32,000 nucleotides of DNA from Candidatus Arthromitus sp. SFB-rat-Yit. GTDB lineage: Bacteria > Bacillota > Clostridia > Clostridiales > Clostridiaceae. Under the pieces are notes generated by a model that was given only the letters and a program-made list of their open reading frames with translations, did no database searches and was not told the origin of the DNA. Made by a program: the position numbers and the translations under genes. Of the stretch, positions 20,093 to 29,487 are shown in pieces. The stretch spans positions 1,080,001 to 1,112,000 of the forward strand of contig NC_016012.1 of NCBI RefSeq assembly GCF_000283555.1. Reading direction: 5' to 3'. How positions within the stretch are numbered: position 1 is the stretch's first letter; each line of letters begins with the position of its first letter.

Positions 20093-20179
20093 ATGTCAAA
20101 ATCTGCTATTTTCTTTCTTAGAAGATTATCATTTGCAATAATTTTCTTTTTACTTGGTTGCCTTTTAGGATATATCTAA
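20093..20179 (+). CDS. Putative hydrophobic 28-aa microprotein (not in ORF track)
   Basis: AAGGAGGAGG centred ~8 nt before ATG; frame MSKSAIFFLRRLSFAIIFFLLGCLLGYI*, one predicted TM helix preceded by positive residues. Confidence 0.45.
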   Translation: MSKSAIFFLRRLSFAIIFFLLGCLLGYI

Positions 20180-20742
20180 TCATCTAGTTCTACATCATCA
20201 AGAACTGGAAGTTCTTCTAATTTCTCAATCCCAAATTGCTTTAAAAAATTATCAGTCGTTCCATATAGAATTGGTCGACCTATGGCTTCAAGTCTACCGG
20301 ATTCTTTTATAAGATCCTTATCTAAAAGAGTTTGTATTGCTTTATCACTTCGCACACCTCTTATCTCTTCAATCTCAACTCTCGTTACAGGTTGTTTATA
20401 CGAAATTATAGATAATGTTTCTATAGCCGCTTGAGATAGAGATTGTCGTTGATTAGTTTTCAATAACCTAACTATGTATTTTTCATTCTCAGGTTTTGTC
20501 CCAAATTGGTATTTACCATCTATATTAAATACTTTTAATCCTCTATCAGAATTTTTATATAGAAGTTCAAATTCATCCATAAGAGATTTTACAAAGTCTT
20601 CCTTCTCTTCAAGAACATCGCTTATATCCTTCAAAGAAATCGGATCACCATATACAAATAACAATGATTCTATAACAGAGAAAAAATTATCTCTAACTGC
20701 TGTATCCAAAATAAACCTATCATTCATCTTCACTTTCTCCAT
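20176..20742 (-). CDS. scpB: Segregation and condensation protein B
   Basis: ESLLFVYGDPISLKDISDVLE, LKVFNIDGKYQFGTKPEN, LSQAAIETLSIISYKQPVTRVEIEEIRGVRSD, GRPILYGTTDNFLKQFGI. Start uncertain (20763, 20742 or 20727 are possible). Confidence 0.93.
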   Translation of the reverse strand: MEKVKMNDRFILDTAVRDNFFSVIESLLFVYGDPISLKDISDVLEEKEDFVKSLMDEFELLYKNSDRGLKVFNIDGKYQFGTKPENEKYIVRLLKTNQRQSLSQAAIETLSIISYKQPVTRVEIEEIRGVRSDKAIQTLLDKDLIKESGRLEAIGRPILYGTTDNFLKQFGIEKLEELPVLDDVELDD

Positions 20743-21478
20743 ATTCCAAGCTATTTTTTTCAAGTATAATGTCTGTAAATTTACCTACTTGTATAATTTT
20801 AAAATAATTTTGCTTAACAAGCTCAAGTATTGCAATAAAAATAATAATTATCTCAACCTTATCAACACACGGCTTAACTATTTCATTAAATCTCAAAACA
20901 GATTCTGATGTATTTTTTAAGTCTTTTATCTTATCATCAACCCTGAACTTATCCAAATAAATATTAGTTTGTATTGGATTTGAATCATTCTGTTTTTCTA
21001 TATAAGAATTAATCAATTTCTTATACTTATCATAGAAATATAAAATATCAATATCTTTAAATATTTGATTTAAATCAATTGCCTCTTCTTTAGGCTGATC
21101 AATTATTTCTGGCTTTTTAAAATATGTATTACCCTGACCTTTATATTTAGATAGCAATACCTCTGATACTTTTTTAAATTTTTTATACTCTATGAGCCTA
21201 TCAAACAATAAATTTTCTGATGTTTCTTCCTCTTGTTCTTCAACTTTATTTAATTTTTCTGGAATAAGTTTTCGAGATTTTATTTCAATAAGTGTAGCCG
21301 CCATAACAATAAATTCTGACGCAATATCAAGGTCAAATTCTTTCATTTTATCTATGTACTCTATATATTGAATGGTTATATCATAGATATTTATATTGTA
21401 AATACTCATTTTATTTTTTGTAATAAGATGAAGTAGCAGATCAAATGGTCCTTCAAAATTTTCAATTTTTATATCCAT
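20720..21478 (-). CDS. scpA: Segregation and condensation protein A
   Basis: EGPFDLLLHLITKNKMSIYNINIYDITIQYIEYI, FIVMAATLIEIKSRKLIP. Confidence 0.93.
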   Translation of the reverse strand: MDIKIENFEGPFDLLLHLITKNKMSIYNINIYDITIQYIEYIDKMKEFDLDIASEFIVMAATLIEIKSRKLIPEKLNKVEEQEEETSENLLFDRLIEYKKFKKVSEVLLSKYKGQGNTYFKKPEIIDQPKEEAIDLNQIFKDIDILYFYDKYKKLINSYIEKQNDSNPIQTNIYLDKFRVDDKIKDLKNTSESVLRFNEIVKPCVDKVEIIIIFIAILELVKQNYFKIIQVGKFTDIILEKNSLEYGESEDE

Positions 21479-21564
21479 TACTTAATACCCAATAATTTTA
21501 AAATTTTATTTAATTAAATACTATCACATATGCTCATATCGAGTAAATTCTCCAAAATATATAA

Positions 21565-22746
21565 CTAATTAATTTTTTCGAGTTCTTTAAAAGTCAAAAG
21601 CTTGTCCCTATAATATTCATATTGTTTCCTCCTCGCTTCAATCTCTGCAGGGAGTCCTTCAGTTAAATCGTTACAAAGCTTATCAAATTTATCGAGGATT
21701 GAAACTATTCTTTCTTGTTCTTCTAATGGTGGGAGTGGTAGCACTAATCCTTTAACAATATTGGCATTTAAATTTTGAACGGCTCCACCAAAAGATGCCT
21801 TTTTCTTCATCTCATTTTGATAAATATTTGAATTCAACAAATAGTATAAAAAATCTGTTAAATAATAATTGGAAAAGTTACTTATTATAAGCCAACCATC
21901 ATGAACGCATCCATTTATTTTCAAAATATAAGGTCTTCCAAAACTCATAGAGTTAGATAAAATAAGATCGCCTTTTTTAACAAACCGAGATTTTTCAGCA
22001 CCTTCTTTAGTAATTCTTTCTTCTGAACAAGTTATATATTTTTCACCTATCTTTACATCACCAATTTTAATCCAATTAACTCCACTAGAATCTGTCGTTA
22101 TAAATTCCCTTATCGGTCTTGGTGAAGCTCCGCGAAAAATAGTAGCACATTCTCCAAACTGTTTCCACTCAACCCCATCACCAAACATAAGCAATTTATC
22201 TCTATAATACTCATACTGTTTCCTTCTTGCTGTAAGCTCTGCTGTAAGCTCTTCTGTAAGATTTGTAAACAAATCTAAAATATGTACAATCTCTTCTTGA
22301 AGCTCTAACGGGGGTATTGGAATTTTAAATTTTGAATATTTACCTATCCATTGCCTTGTATGATCATTGTTTGAATATCCTATATTTTTCATACAATGAT
22401 AAATAAATCTAAAATTTATACTATCTTTGGATTTAGGTGTTAACATTTTCATAGCAGATGATTTTATTTTAAATACAAAATCCACCCAATGAAATGAAGC
22501 TGTAAAATCATCAAATATAATTACTGGTTTATCTTTACTAGATTTATACAATCCATCTTTTTCATTTGTGTATCCTAAAACAAATGATTGCCCTGCTGTT
22601 AAAACTGGAATATCATATTTATCACTATACTCTGTGGATTTTACTATATATTTTGTAGGTTGTTCATAATCTAAAAACTCCCCAATCTCTTTCCACTCAA
22701 CTCCATCAGGACAAAGTTCTTTTATCAATTTATCAAATTTGCCCAT
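21565..22746 (-). CDS. hsdS: Type I restriction-modification specificity subunit (HsdS), solitary
   Basis: Two tandem half-subunits each beginning with DGVEWK..G and ending with PPLE(L/E)QE.IV.ILD.F..L...L...(L/I).ARRKQYEYYRDKLL.F. Start 22746 (MGKFDKLIKEL) with GGGGTG upstream. No hsdM or hsdR in the window. Confidence 0.9.
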   Translation of the reverse strand: MGKFDKLIKELCPDGVEWKEIGEFLDYEQPTKYIVKSTEYSDKYDIPVLTAGQSFVLGYTNEKDGLYKSSKDKPVIIFDDFTASFHWVDFVFKIKSSAMKMLTPKSKDSINFRFIYHCMKNIGYSNNDHTRQWIGKYSKFKIPIPPLELQEEIVHILDLFTNLTEELTAELTARRKQYEYYRDKLLMFGDGVEWKQFGECATIFRGASPRPIREFITTDSSGVNWIKIGDVKIGEKYITCSEERITKEGAEKSRFVKKGDLILSNSMSFGRPYILKINGCVHDGWLIISNFSNYYLTDFLYYLLNSNIYQNEMKKKASFGGAVQNLNANIVKGLVLPLPPLEEQERIVSILDKFDKLCNDLTEGLPAEIEARRKQYEYYRDKLLTFKELEKIN

Positions 22747-22832
22747 CTTTTTTTCACCCCTAACACACTCAAGATTAAGCACATTATATTATTATAACTA
22801 TACATTAATAAAAATTGATACCAAAATAACAA

Positions 22833-22860
22833 AAAAGGATAGCTAATTGACTATCCTTTT
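22833..22860 (-). terminator. Rho-independent terminator after the D-alanyl-D-alanine carboxypeptidase gene
   Basis: Stem AAAAGGATAG/CTATCCTTTT with 8-nt loop and TTTTTTG on the minus strand. Confidence 0.75.
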
Positions 22861-22887
22861 TCCATTAAACTTCTATATTCTAAAAGT

Positions 22888-24060
22888 TTAATTGGTACTT
22901 TCTTCCTTATTATCTTTCTTAAAAATTGATAATATATTATCAAATATACTACTATTTTTCATATCACGATCGCTATATACTTCAACTCTTCCTACTTCTT
23001 TTCCATCAATTAAATATATAACTGTTCCCATAATATCGCCCTGTTTAATGTTCTTTTTATTCTTACTTATATCAAGTTTTGTTGATATTTTAAGGTCATT
23101 TGTTTTTTCAACAACTAAACTAAGTGATTGTGCTGCCTTTAAAATTATAAATTTATCCTTATCATTTCCTAATTGAAATTTAGAAACCTCAGAATCTTTT
23201 TGTACTACTTCTTTTCTCTCAAACAATGAAAATCCATAATTTAAAAGCATACTTGCATCTCTGTTTCTTATCTTATAAGTAGGTGCTCCCATTATTATAC
23301 ATAGCATTCTAACCCCACTTCTTTGTGCTGTCGCAGAAATACAATATTTTGCCTCATTAGTAAATCCAGTTTTTAATCCATCACATCCATTAAAAAATCT
23401 AACAAGTTTATTGTGATTAACAAGTTCTATTGGAGTTTTTCTATTTGTTGAAATCGTTTCCATATATGTACCACTATATTTCAATATAGTTTCATGCTTC
23501 AATAATTCTCTTGACATAATTGAAATATCATAAGCCGTAGTTAAATGATTTTCTGTTGGAAGTCCTGTAGGATTCTGAAATGTTGTATCTTTCATACCAA
23601 GCTCTTTTGCCCTATCATTCATCTTGTTAACAAAATTTTCAACCGATCCACCTAAATATTCAGCAAGTGCAACAGCTGCATCATTGCCGGATGCTATAGC
23701 AACACCTTTTAATAACTCCTCAACAGTTCTAAGCTCACCAGCTTCTAAAAGCATAGTGCTTCCACCCATTTTCTGAGCATTCTCTGTAACTGTAACTACA
23801 TCATCTAGTTTTATTCTTCCACTATCAATAGCTTCCATTGTCAAAAGCATTGTCATTATTTTTGTAACTGATGCTGGAGCAAACTTTTCTCTTGAATTTT
23901 TATCAAATATGATTTTTCCAGTTTCAACTTCCATTAATATAGCCGAACGTGCCTCAACATCTGTTCCATTATTATTAGTATCATTTATAGCATAAACTGG
24001 CAAACAACCAACTATAAAGGAAAATAACACACCAAATAAAACCGATTTAAATATTCTCAT
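22888..24060 (-). CDS. D-alanyl-D-alanine carboxypeptidase (DacA/DacF family, S11)
   Basis: FAPASVTKIMTMLL (SxxK), AIASGNDAA (SGN), CDGLKTGFT (KTG), signal peptide. Start 24060 (MRIFKSVLFG); track start is 24111. Confidence 0.94.
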   Translation of the reverse strand: MRIFKSVLFGVLFSFIVGCLPVYAINDTNNNGTDVEARSAILMEVETGKIIFDKNSREKFAPASVTKIMTMLLTMEAIDSGRIKLDDVVTVTENAQKMGGSTMLLEAGELRTVEELLKGVAIASGNDAAVALAEYLGGSVENFVNKMNDRAKELGMKDTTFQNPTGLPTENHLTTAYDISIMSRELLKHETILKYSGTYMETISTNRKTPIELVNHNKLVRFFNGCDGLKTGFTNEAKYCISATAQRSGVRMLCIIMGAPTYKIRNRDASMLLNYGFSLFERKEVVQKDSEVSKFQLGNDKDKFIILKAAQSLSLVVEKTNDLKISTKLDISKNKKNIKQGDIMGTVIYLIDGKEVGRVEVYSDRDMKNSSIFDNILSIFKKDNKEESTN

Positions 24061-24150
24061 GAATATCCTCCCTTTGATATAAAAAAATAACCATACAAAT
24101 ATAATCACCAATTTTTGTGAAAATATTTAGTACAGTTATAATGTTCAATA

Positions 24151-25455
24151 TTATTTTATAATTCTATATATTAATTCACCTTTAGTTTGCTTTTGTTTTG
24201 AAATATTAATATTTTTATCAAGTTGCTCAATTATCATATTAATATCTTTATAACCATTATGATGAATTTGACATATTACATCCCCAACTTTAACATAATC
24301 AGAAACCTTTTTCTCAAAAATAAGTCCAACTGATGAATCAATAACACTTTCCTTTGTTTCTCTTCCTGCCCCTAAAAGCATTGCTATTTTTCCTATCTCC
24401 TGTGCATTTATAGAACCTATATATCCATCTTCTTTTGCAACAAAAGTATTAATCCTGCTAGCTTTTTTATATTCAGAAATATTATCTATTATAGATAAAT
24501 CTCCCCCTTGGCACTCTATCCACTCTCTAAACTTCCTATAAGCACTTCCATCATTTATACTTTTTAAGACAATCTCCCTAGCATCATCTATTGAATTTGC
24601 TTTCTTACCTAAATAAACCATAATAGAAGATATAGTTAAACATACCTCTAATAAATCTTTTGGACCATTTCCTTTTAAAACTTCAATAGCCTCTCTAACT
24701 TCAATAATATTTCCAATCCCAAAACCAAGTGGCTCATCCATCCCAGATATTATACAAATAGTTCTTTTATTCAAATTTCTCCCAATATCAACCATGGTTT
24801 TTGCCAAAATTTCAGCATCTTCAATAGTTTTCATAAAAGCTCCACTTCCAACCTTTATATCAAGAACTATAGCATCAGCTCCCGATGCTATTTTTTTACT
24901 CATTATGCTAGCTGCAATTAACGAAATATTATCAACAGTTGATGTTACATCACGAAGAGCATATATTTTTTTATCTGCTGGAGCTAATGCATCTGTTTGA
25001 CCACAAACAACAATTCCATGATCTCTAACATGAGATTTAAATTCATCAATAGTCATATTTGTCTTAAATCCTTCTATAGACTCAAGCTTATCAATCGTAC
25101 CTCCAGTAAAACCGAGACCCCTACCGCTCATCTTTGCAACTGGTATTTTACAAGATGCAACTATAGGAGCAACAACCAAAGAAACCTTATCCCCAACTCC
25201 ACCAGTTGAATGCTTATCAACTTTAATTCCTTCTATATCACTAAGATCCAAAACTTTTCCAGAATACGCCATAGAAAGAGTTAAATTTGCAGTTTCCTCA
25301 GGTGTCATTTTATTTATAAACATAGCCATAATAAGTGCCGATGCTTGATAATCTGGAATATTCCCATTTGTATACTCATCTACAAAATACTTTATCTCTT
25401 CCTTTGATAATTCTAATCCTTTTTTCTTTTTATCAATAATATCTAAAATTCTCAT
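24151..25455 (-). CDS. pdp: Pyrimidine-nucleoside (thymidine) phosphorylase
   Basis: DKHSTGGVGDKVSLVVAPIVASCKIPVAKMSGRGLGFTGGTIDKLE family signature. Confidence 0.95.
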   Translation of the reverse strand: MRILDIIDKKKKGLELSKEEIKYFVDEYTNGNIPDYQASALIMAMFINKMTPEETANLTLSMAYSGKVLDLSDIEGIKVDKHSTGGVGDKVSLVVAPIVASCKIPVAKMSGRGLGFTGGTIDKLESIEGFKTNMTIDEFKSHVRDHGIVVCGQTDALAPADKKIYALRDVTSTVDNISLIAASIMSKKIASGADAIVLDIKVGSGAFMKTIEDAEILAKTMVDIGRNLNKRTICIISGMDEPLGFGIGNIIEVREAIEVLKGNGPKDLLEVCLTISSIMVYLGKKANSIDDAREIVLKSINDGSAYRKFREWIECQGGDLSIIDNISEYKKASRINTFVAKEDGYIGSINAQEIGKIAMLLGAGRETKESVIDSSVGLIFEKKVSDYVKVGDVICQIHHNGYKDINMIIEQLDKNINISKQKQTKGELIYRIIK

Positions 25456-25474
25456 AACGTCACCCTAAAAATTA

Positions 25475-26638
25475 CTATAAAATATCATCTTTAAAACTTT
25501 TTCCATGCAAATCATTATCTATTGAAAATAAATCTAAAATTGTCTTTCCTATATCAGTAAAACTTTCCCTACACCCTAGATCTGAAGCCTTTATATTTTT
25601 ACTATAAACAATCAATGGAATTTGTTCTCTTGTATGATCAGTTCCAGGCGTTGTTGGATCACACCCATGATCTGCCGTCAATATTAATAAATCATCTTCT
25701 CTCATGTTATCAATTATCTCAGGTAACTTCGAATCAAATTCTGATATAGCTCTAGCATATCCTTCAACATCATTTCTATGGCCATACATCATATCAAAAT
25801 CTACCAAATTGGTAAATATAAGACCATTAAAATCCTTTTTCATCAATTCAATCGTCTTATTAATCCCATCAAGATTATTTACAGTTTTAAATTTATCCGT
25901 AATTCCAAACCCATTAAAAATATCATTTATTTTACCTACACTTATAACATCTTTTCCATTTTCCTTCAAATAATCAAGCATCGTCTTTCCAGGTGGATCT
26001 ATAGCATAATCGTGCCTATTTGGAGTTCTTTTAAATGAAGAAACATCTCCGATAAAAGGTCTAGCTATTACTCTTCCTACCAAATCATCTCCAACAAGCA
26101 TCTCTCTTGCAATCTCACACATTCTATAAAGCTCCTCAAGAGGTATAATTTCTTCATGAGCTGCAATTTGAAAAACAGAATCTGCAGAAGTATATAAAAT
26201 AGGACTTCCCGTTTCCATATGTTCCTTCCCAAGTCTATCTATAATTTCAGTCCCTGAAGCAACACAATTTCCTATAACTTTTCTTCCTATCTTACTTTCA
26301 AACTCATCTATAATTTTTTTAGGAAATCCATTTGGAAAAGTTCTTAATGGAATCTTTGTAACAACTCCAGCTATTTCCAAGTGTCCCGTAATAGTATCTT
26401 TCCCACGTGATAATTCATTACACACACCAACAGATGCTATTTTGTTTTCTTCCTTACTTAACTTTAAAGATTCTATCCTACCCAAACCTAGTTTCTTAAA
26501 ATTTTCTATTGATATAGAACTCGACTTTTCAATAACATTTTTAAATGTATTACATCCATTATCTCCATACTCATGAGAATCATGCATCTCACCAACACCT
26601 AAACTATCCAAAATTATTAAAATAACTCTTTTTATCAC
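25475..26638 (-). CDS. deoB: Phosphopentomutase
   Basis: VILIILDSLGVGEMHD, GKDTITGHLEIAG, TADSVFQIAAHEE, TADHGCDPTTPGTDHTREQIPL. Confidence 0.95.
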   Translation of the reverse strand: MIKRVILIILDSLGVGEMHDSHEYGDNGCNTFKNVIEKSSSISIENFKKLGLGRIESLKLSKEENKIASVGVCNELSRGKDTITGHLEIAGVVTKIPLRTFPNGFPKKIIDEFESKIGRKVIGNCVASGTEIIDRLGKEHMETGSPILYTSADSVFQIAAHEEIIPLEELYRMCEIAREMLVGDDLVGRVIARPFIGDVSSFKRTPNRHDYAIDPPGKTMLDYLKENGKDVISVGKINDIFNGFGITDKFKTVNNLDGINKTIELMKKDFNGLIFTNLVDFDMMYGHRNDVEGYARAISEFDSKLPEIIDNMREDDLLILTADHGCDPTTPGTDHTREQIPLIVYSKNIKASDLGCRESFTDIGKTILDLFSIDNDLHGKSFKDDIL

Positions 26639-26659
26639 AAACGTTAACCCCCTTACAAT

Positions 26660-27277
26660 TTAAAATATCAATTTTATTATAAATGGTGTTATCAAACATT
26701 TAAACAACAAAGCAATTAAAACACTAAATATTATAAACAAAATTAAAAATCTTAAAGTGATTGATTTATCATTTTCAGAAAATCTTCCCCTAAATCTCGT
26801 TCTAGATATTCCACGTGATATACTCTTAACACATAACAATATATACAAAAAAATAATCAACATATTAGGCAACATTATAGTAAAAATAGTTAACAATACA
26901 CCCTTAAGTTGAAAATTAGTTAATAAAAATGTTGTCGTAAATCCTAAAGCAAATCCCTTCAAAGACAAAGTAACCAAACTTAATGGACAAAAAATAATAT
27001 TAGCACTAAACAACACAAAAATAATTATAGGCACAATAAGCATGATCGAACTTAACCTAAAATTACTTAAATAACTAAATTCACCTTCTTTAATCACGTT
27101 CATATACTCTATAAAATCATTTTTAATATATGTAACAAGTTCAGAATCTAAATATGTAAATAAATAAACTCCAATCAAAAATCCACATAACAAAAATAAT
27201 AAAACCATCATATAAATGATAAAATTTTTATTATAACTGTCTTTTAACCCAACCGTTAGCGTTCTACTCTTTACCAT
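26660..27277 (-). CDS. spoIIM: Stage II sporulation protein M
   Basis: Multi-TM protein with family-typical FCPLSLVTLSLKGFALGFT and ICLCVKS.-like region; located next to deoB and nudF as in Clostridial genomes. Confidence 0.8.
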   Translation of the reverse strand: MVKSRTLTVGLKDSYNKNFIIYMMVLLFLLCGFLIGVYLFTYLDSELVTYIKNDFIEYMNVIKEGEFSYLSNFRLSSIMLIVPIIIFVLFSANIIFCPLSLVTLSLKGFALGFTTTFLLTNFQLKGVLLTIFTIMLPNMLIIFLYILLCVKSISRGISRTRFRGRFSENDKSITLRFLILFIIFSVLIALLFKCLITPFIIKLIF

Positions 27278-27346
27278 ATTTTCTCATCCCCCTTTATTAA
27301 ATAAGTATGAGAAAAATTTTTTTATATTCTATTAAAAAAATAAATT

Positions 27347-27898
27347 TTAAAACATTTTATTTTTTTGTTTTTTCATAATTTCAAATAATTTTATGCCTGT
27401 TATAGTCTTACTATCTATTATTTCGCCTTTTGATATCATGAGATTTATTTCATCAAGTGTAAACTCATGCACATTTATAAATTCATCTTCATCTCCCCCC
27501 TTTAATCCTTGACTTAAATTATCCGCATAATAAAAATACATCATCTCATCACAAAACCCTGGAGTCATTGCACTTTTACCTAAAAACTCAACATCTTTCG
27601 ATGTATATCCAGTTTCCTCTTCAAGTTCTCTTCTTGCACATTCAACTGGATCTTCATTTATTTCAAGTTTTCCAGCAGGAATCTCAAATAAAACTTTATC
27701 AATAGGTTTTCTAAATTGTTCAACAAATAATATTTTTTCATTTTTTGTTAATGCAATCAAAGCTACTGCTCCACAATGTCTTACAATCTCCCTCGTTGAT
27801 TTATTCCCATCTGGAAGCAATACCTCCAATTTCTCAACTGTGAAAAAACTCCCATTGTATATTTCCTTTGTTGATAATGTCTTTTCAAACAAATCCAT
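27347..27898 (-). CDS. nudF: ADP-ribose pyrophosphatase, NUDIX family
   Basis: NUDIX box GKLEINEDPVECARRELEEETGY (preceded by EIPA). Start 27898 (MDLFEKTLST) with GGAGG upstream; track start 27946 is in a TTA-repeat extension. Confidence 0.92.
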   Translation of the reverse strand: MDLFEKTLSTKEIYNGSFFTVEKLEVLLPDGNKSTREIVRHCGAVALIALTKNEKILFVEQFRKPIDKVLFEIPAGKLEINEDPVECARRELEEETGYTSKDVEFLGKSAMTPGFCDEMMYFYYADNLSQGLKGGDEDEFINVHEFTLDEINLMISKGEIIDSKTITGIKLFEIMKKQKNKMF

Positions 27899-28089
27899 AC
27901 ATTTCCCTCCTATAGTAAAATTAAATAACGATAATAATAATAACACAAATAAGACACACCTTCTAAAAGATATATTAAATAATGACTATCACTTCAATTT
28001 TTTAAATAATTGAAAAAAATTTTTTAATGTGGTAGACTTACCTAATTAACCATTTTAAAACGATAAATAATTTAAAAAGGAGATACTAA

Positions 28090-29487
28090 ATGTTAAAAAC
28101 ATTTTTAAAGCGTTCTTTAAAATACGCTTCTTTTTCATTACTAACAATAATTGTTTTATCAGGATGTTCAAACAACGCTAAGCCAAACAATAACACTGCA
28201 AACACTACACAAACACAAAACACCAAAGAAGAAACTACAAATTTTGATGAAATATCAAACAAATTTATAAGCCAAATTGAAGAAAAAATCGTTAAAAATT
28301 GGCCTAACTTAAATAAAATATGGCCAGATTTAGATTTTTCAAATAATAACACTGTAATATTTTTACTGGGAAATGATGGAAAAGCTATTAAGGCGTGGGC
28401 TATAGATATTTCAGGAAAAAAAGAATTGTCTTCCTCTGAATATTCAAAATTAAATTATCCTGATGCAAATGGATTCTCTAAGGATACTTTCAATGGTAAA
28501 GATTCAATATTCGTATCTTTATCAGCTGTAAATAATGAAATTAAAGAAATTATTGATACGTATGAATATGCAACTCATGAATTAATTCACGCATATCATC
28601 AGCCAAAAGATTATATAGAAGGATCTCGAAATCAAAAATATCCTATTGAATATGAGCCAAGAATTTATAGGACTATGATATATAGAAACTTATCAAATGC
28701 CCTCACAGCAGATGATGATAATATTTCAAAAAATCACATACAGAAGGCAGCTTACTGGTTTAACAAATGGAAAAATGAATATCCAAATGAATACGAAGAT
28801 ATTAGAACAACAGATATATTTGAGGGACATGCACAGTATGTAGCTAAACTCGCTGATCTTACAAACAAGGATAAAATTACTAAAGAAGATTTTAGTAAAA
28901 AGATAAATCCAAACGCTATCTTAACAAATTTAGGGACAGATAGTTATGATTTAGGTTTTGTTGCTCTTGCTCTTTTAGATAGAAATGATCCAAATTTTAA
29001 AAATGATTTCTTTAAATTACAAAAATCTCCAATTGAATTACTTCTTGAAAATGTTACTCCAGTTGAAGATATTGCAGACGAAAATTTATCAACTGAAATA
29101 AAGAAACAAATCGATAAAGTAAATAGTGAAACTAAAACATTTATCGAAAATATTTTAACATCTTTAAATGATAAAAGTATACCTTACTTAAAAGTTAATT
29201 CAGATTATATTGAAGGAAGTATTGGAGTAGCTGGATTCTATTCATACAATGACCTTGAAATTTTTTCAAAGTTTTCCGCAAAATATAATCAAGATTCATC
29301 AAACTCTTTAAGCGTTAATGAATTGAGTATTATTACAAACCCAAATAATAAAGTGGATATAATTCCTTTAACAGAAAAATTTGAAATCAATGGAGATACC
29401 TTAACTTTAAAAGGTAAAAATTTAAATGGAACTCTTAAAGTAACTACTTCTATTGAAGATGGAAGAACAGTTTATATAGCAAAGTAA
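28090..29487 (+). CDS. Putative zincin-type metallopeptidase lipoprotein (paralog 1)
   Basis: Lipobox VLSGC (Cys26), ATHELIHAYHQ (HExxH at 28576..28590) and downstream TDIFEGHAQYVAKL with candidate third ligand Glu at 28822..28824. AAAAGGAG ribosome-binding site. Confidence 0.7.
   Translation: MLKTFLKRSLKYASFSLLTIIVLSGCSNNAKPNNNTANTTQTQNTKEETTNFDEISNKFISQIEEKIVKNWPNLNKIWPDLDFSNNNTVIFLLGNDGKAIKAWAIDISGKKELSSSEYSKLNYPDANGFSKDTFNGKDSIFVSLSAVNNEIKEIIDTYEYATHELIHAYHQPKDYIEGSRNQKYPIEYEPRIYRTMIYRNLSNALTADDDNISKNHIQKAAYWFNKWKNEYPNEYEDIRTTDIFEGHAQYVAKLADLTNKDKITKEDFSKKINPNAILTNLGTDSYDLGFVALALLDRNDPNFKNDFFKLQKSPIELLLENVTPVEDIADENLSTEIKKQIDKVNSETKTFIENILTSLNDKSIPYLKVNSDYIEGSIGVAGFYSYNDLEIFSKFSAKYNQDSSNSLSVNELSIITNPNNKVDIIPLTEKFEINGDTLTLKGKNLNGTLKVTTSIEDGRTVYIAK

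Noticed and set aside
20474-20908. 144-aa plus-strand ORF over scpB/scpA junction
   Set aside because: Antisense to two conserved genes, no homology recognised.
27899-27946. N-terminal extension MLLLLSLFNFTIGGKC on nudF
   Set aside because: Leucines come from a short TTA-rich repeat upstream and the GGAGG ribosome-binding site is located inside this extension, fitting a start at 27898.
28086-28352. Antisense ORF of 88 aa over the start of lipoprotein 1, resembling the 78-aa antisense ORF at 29550..29786
   Set aside because: Both are mirror frames of the two homologous signal-peptide/linker regions; their similarity is explained by sense-strand paralogy and neither has a convincing ribosome-binding site.
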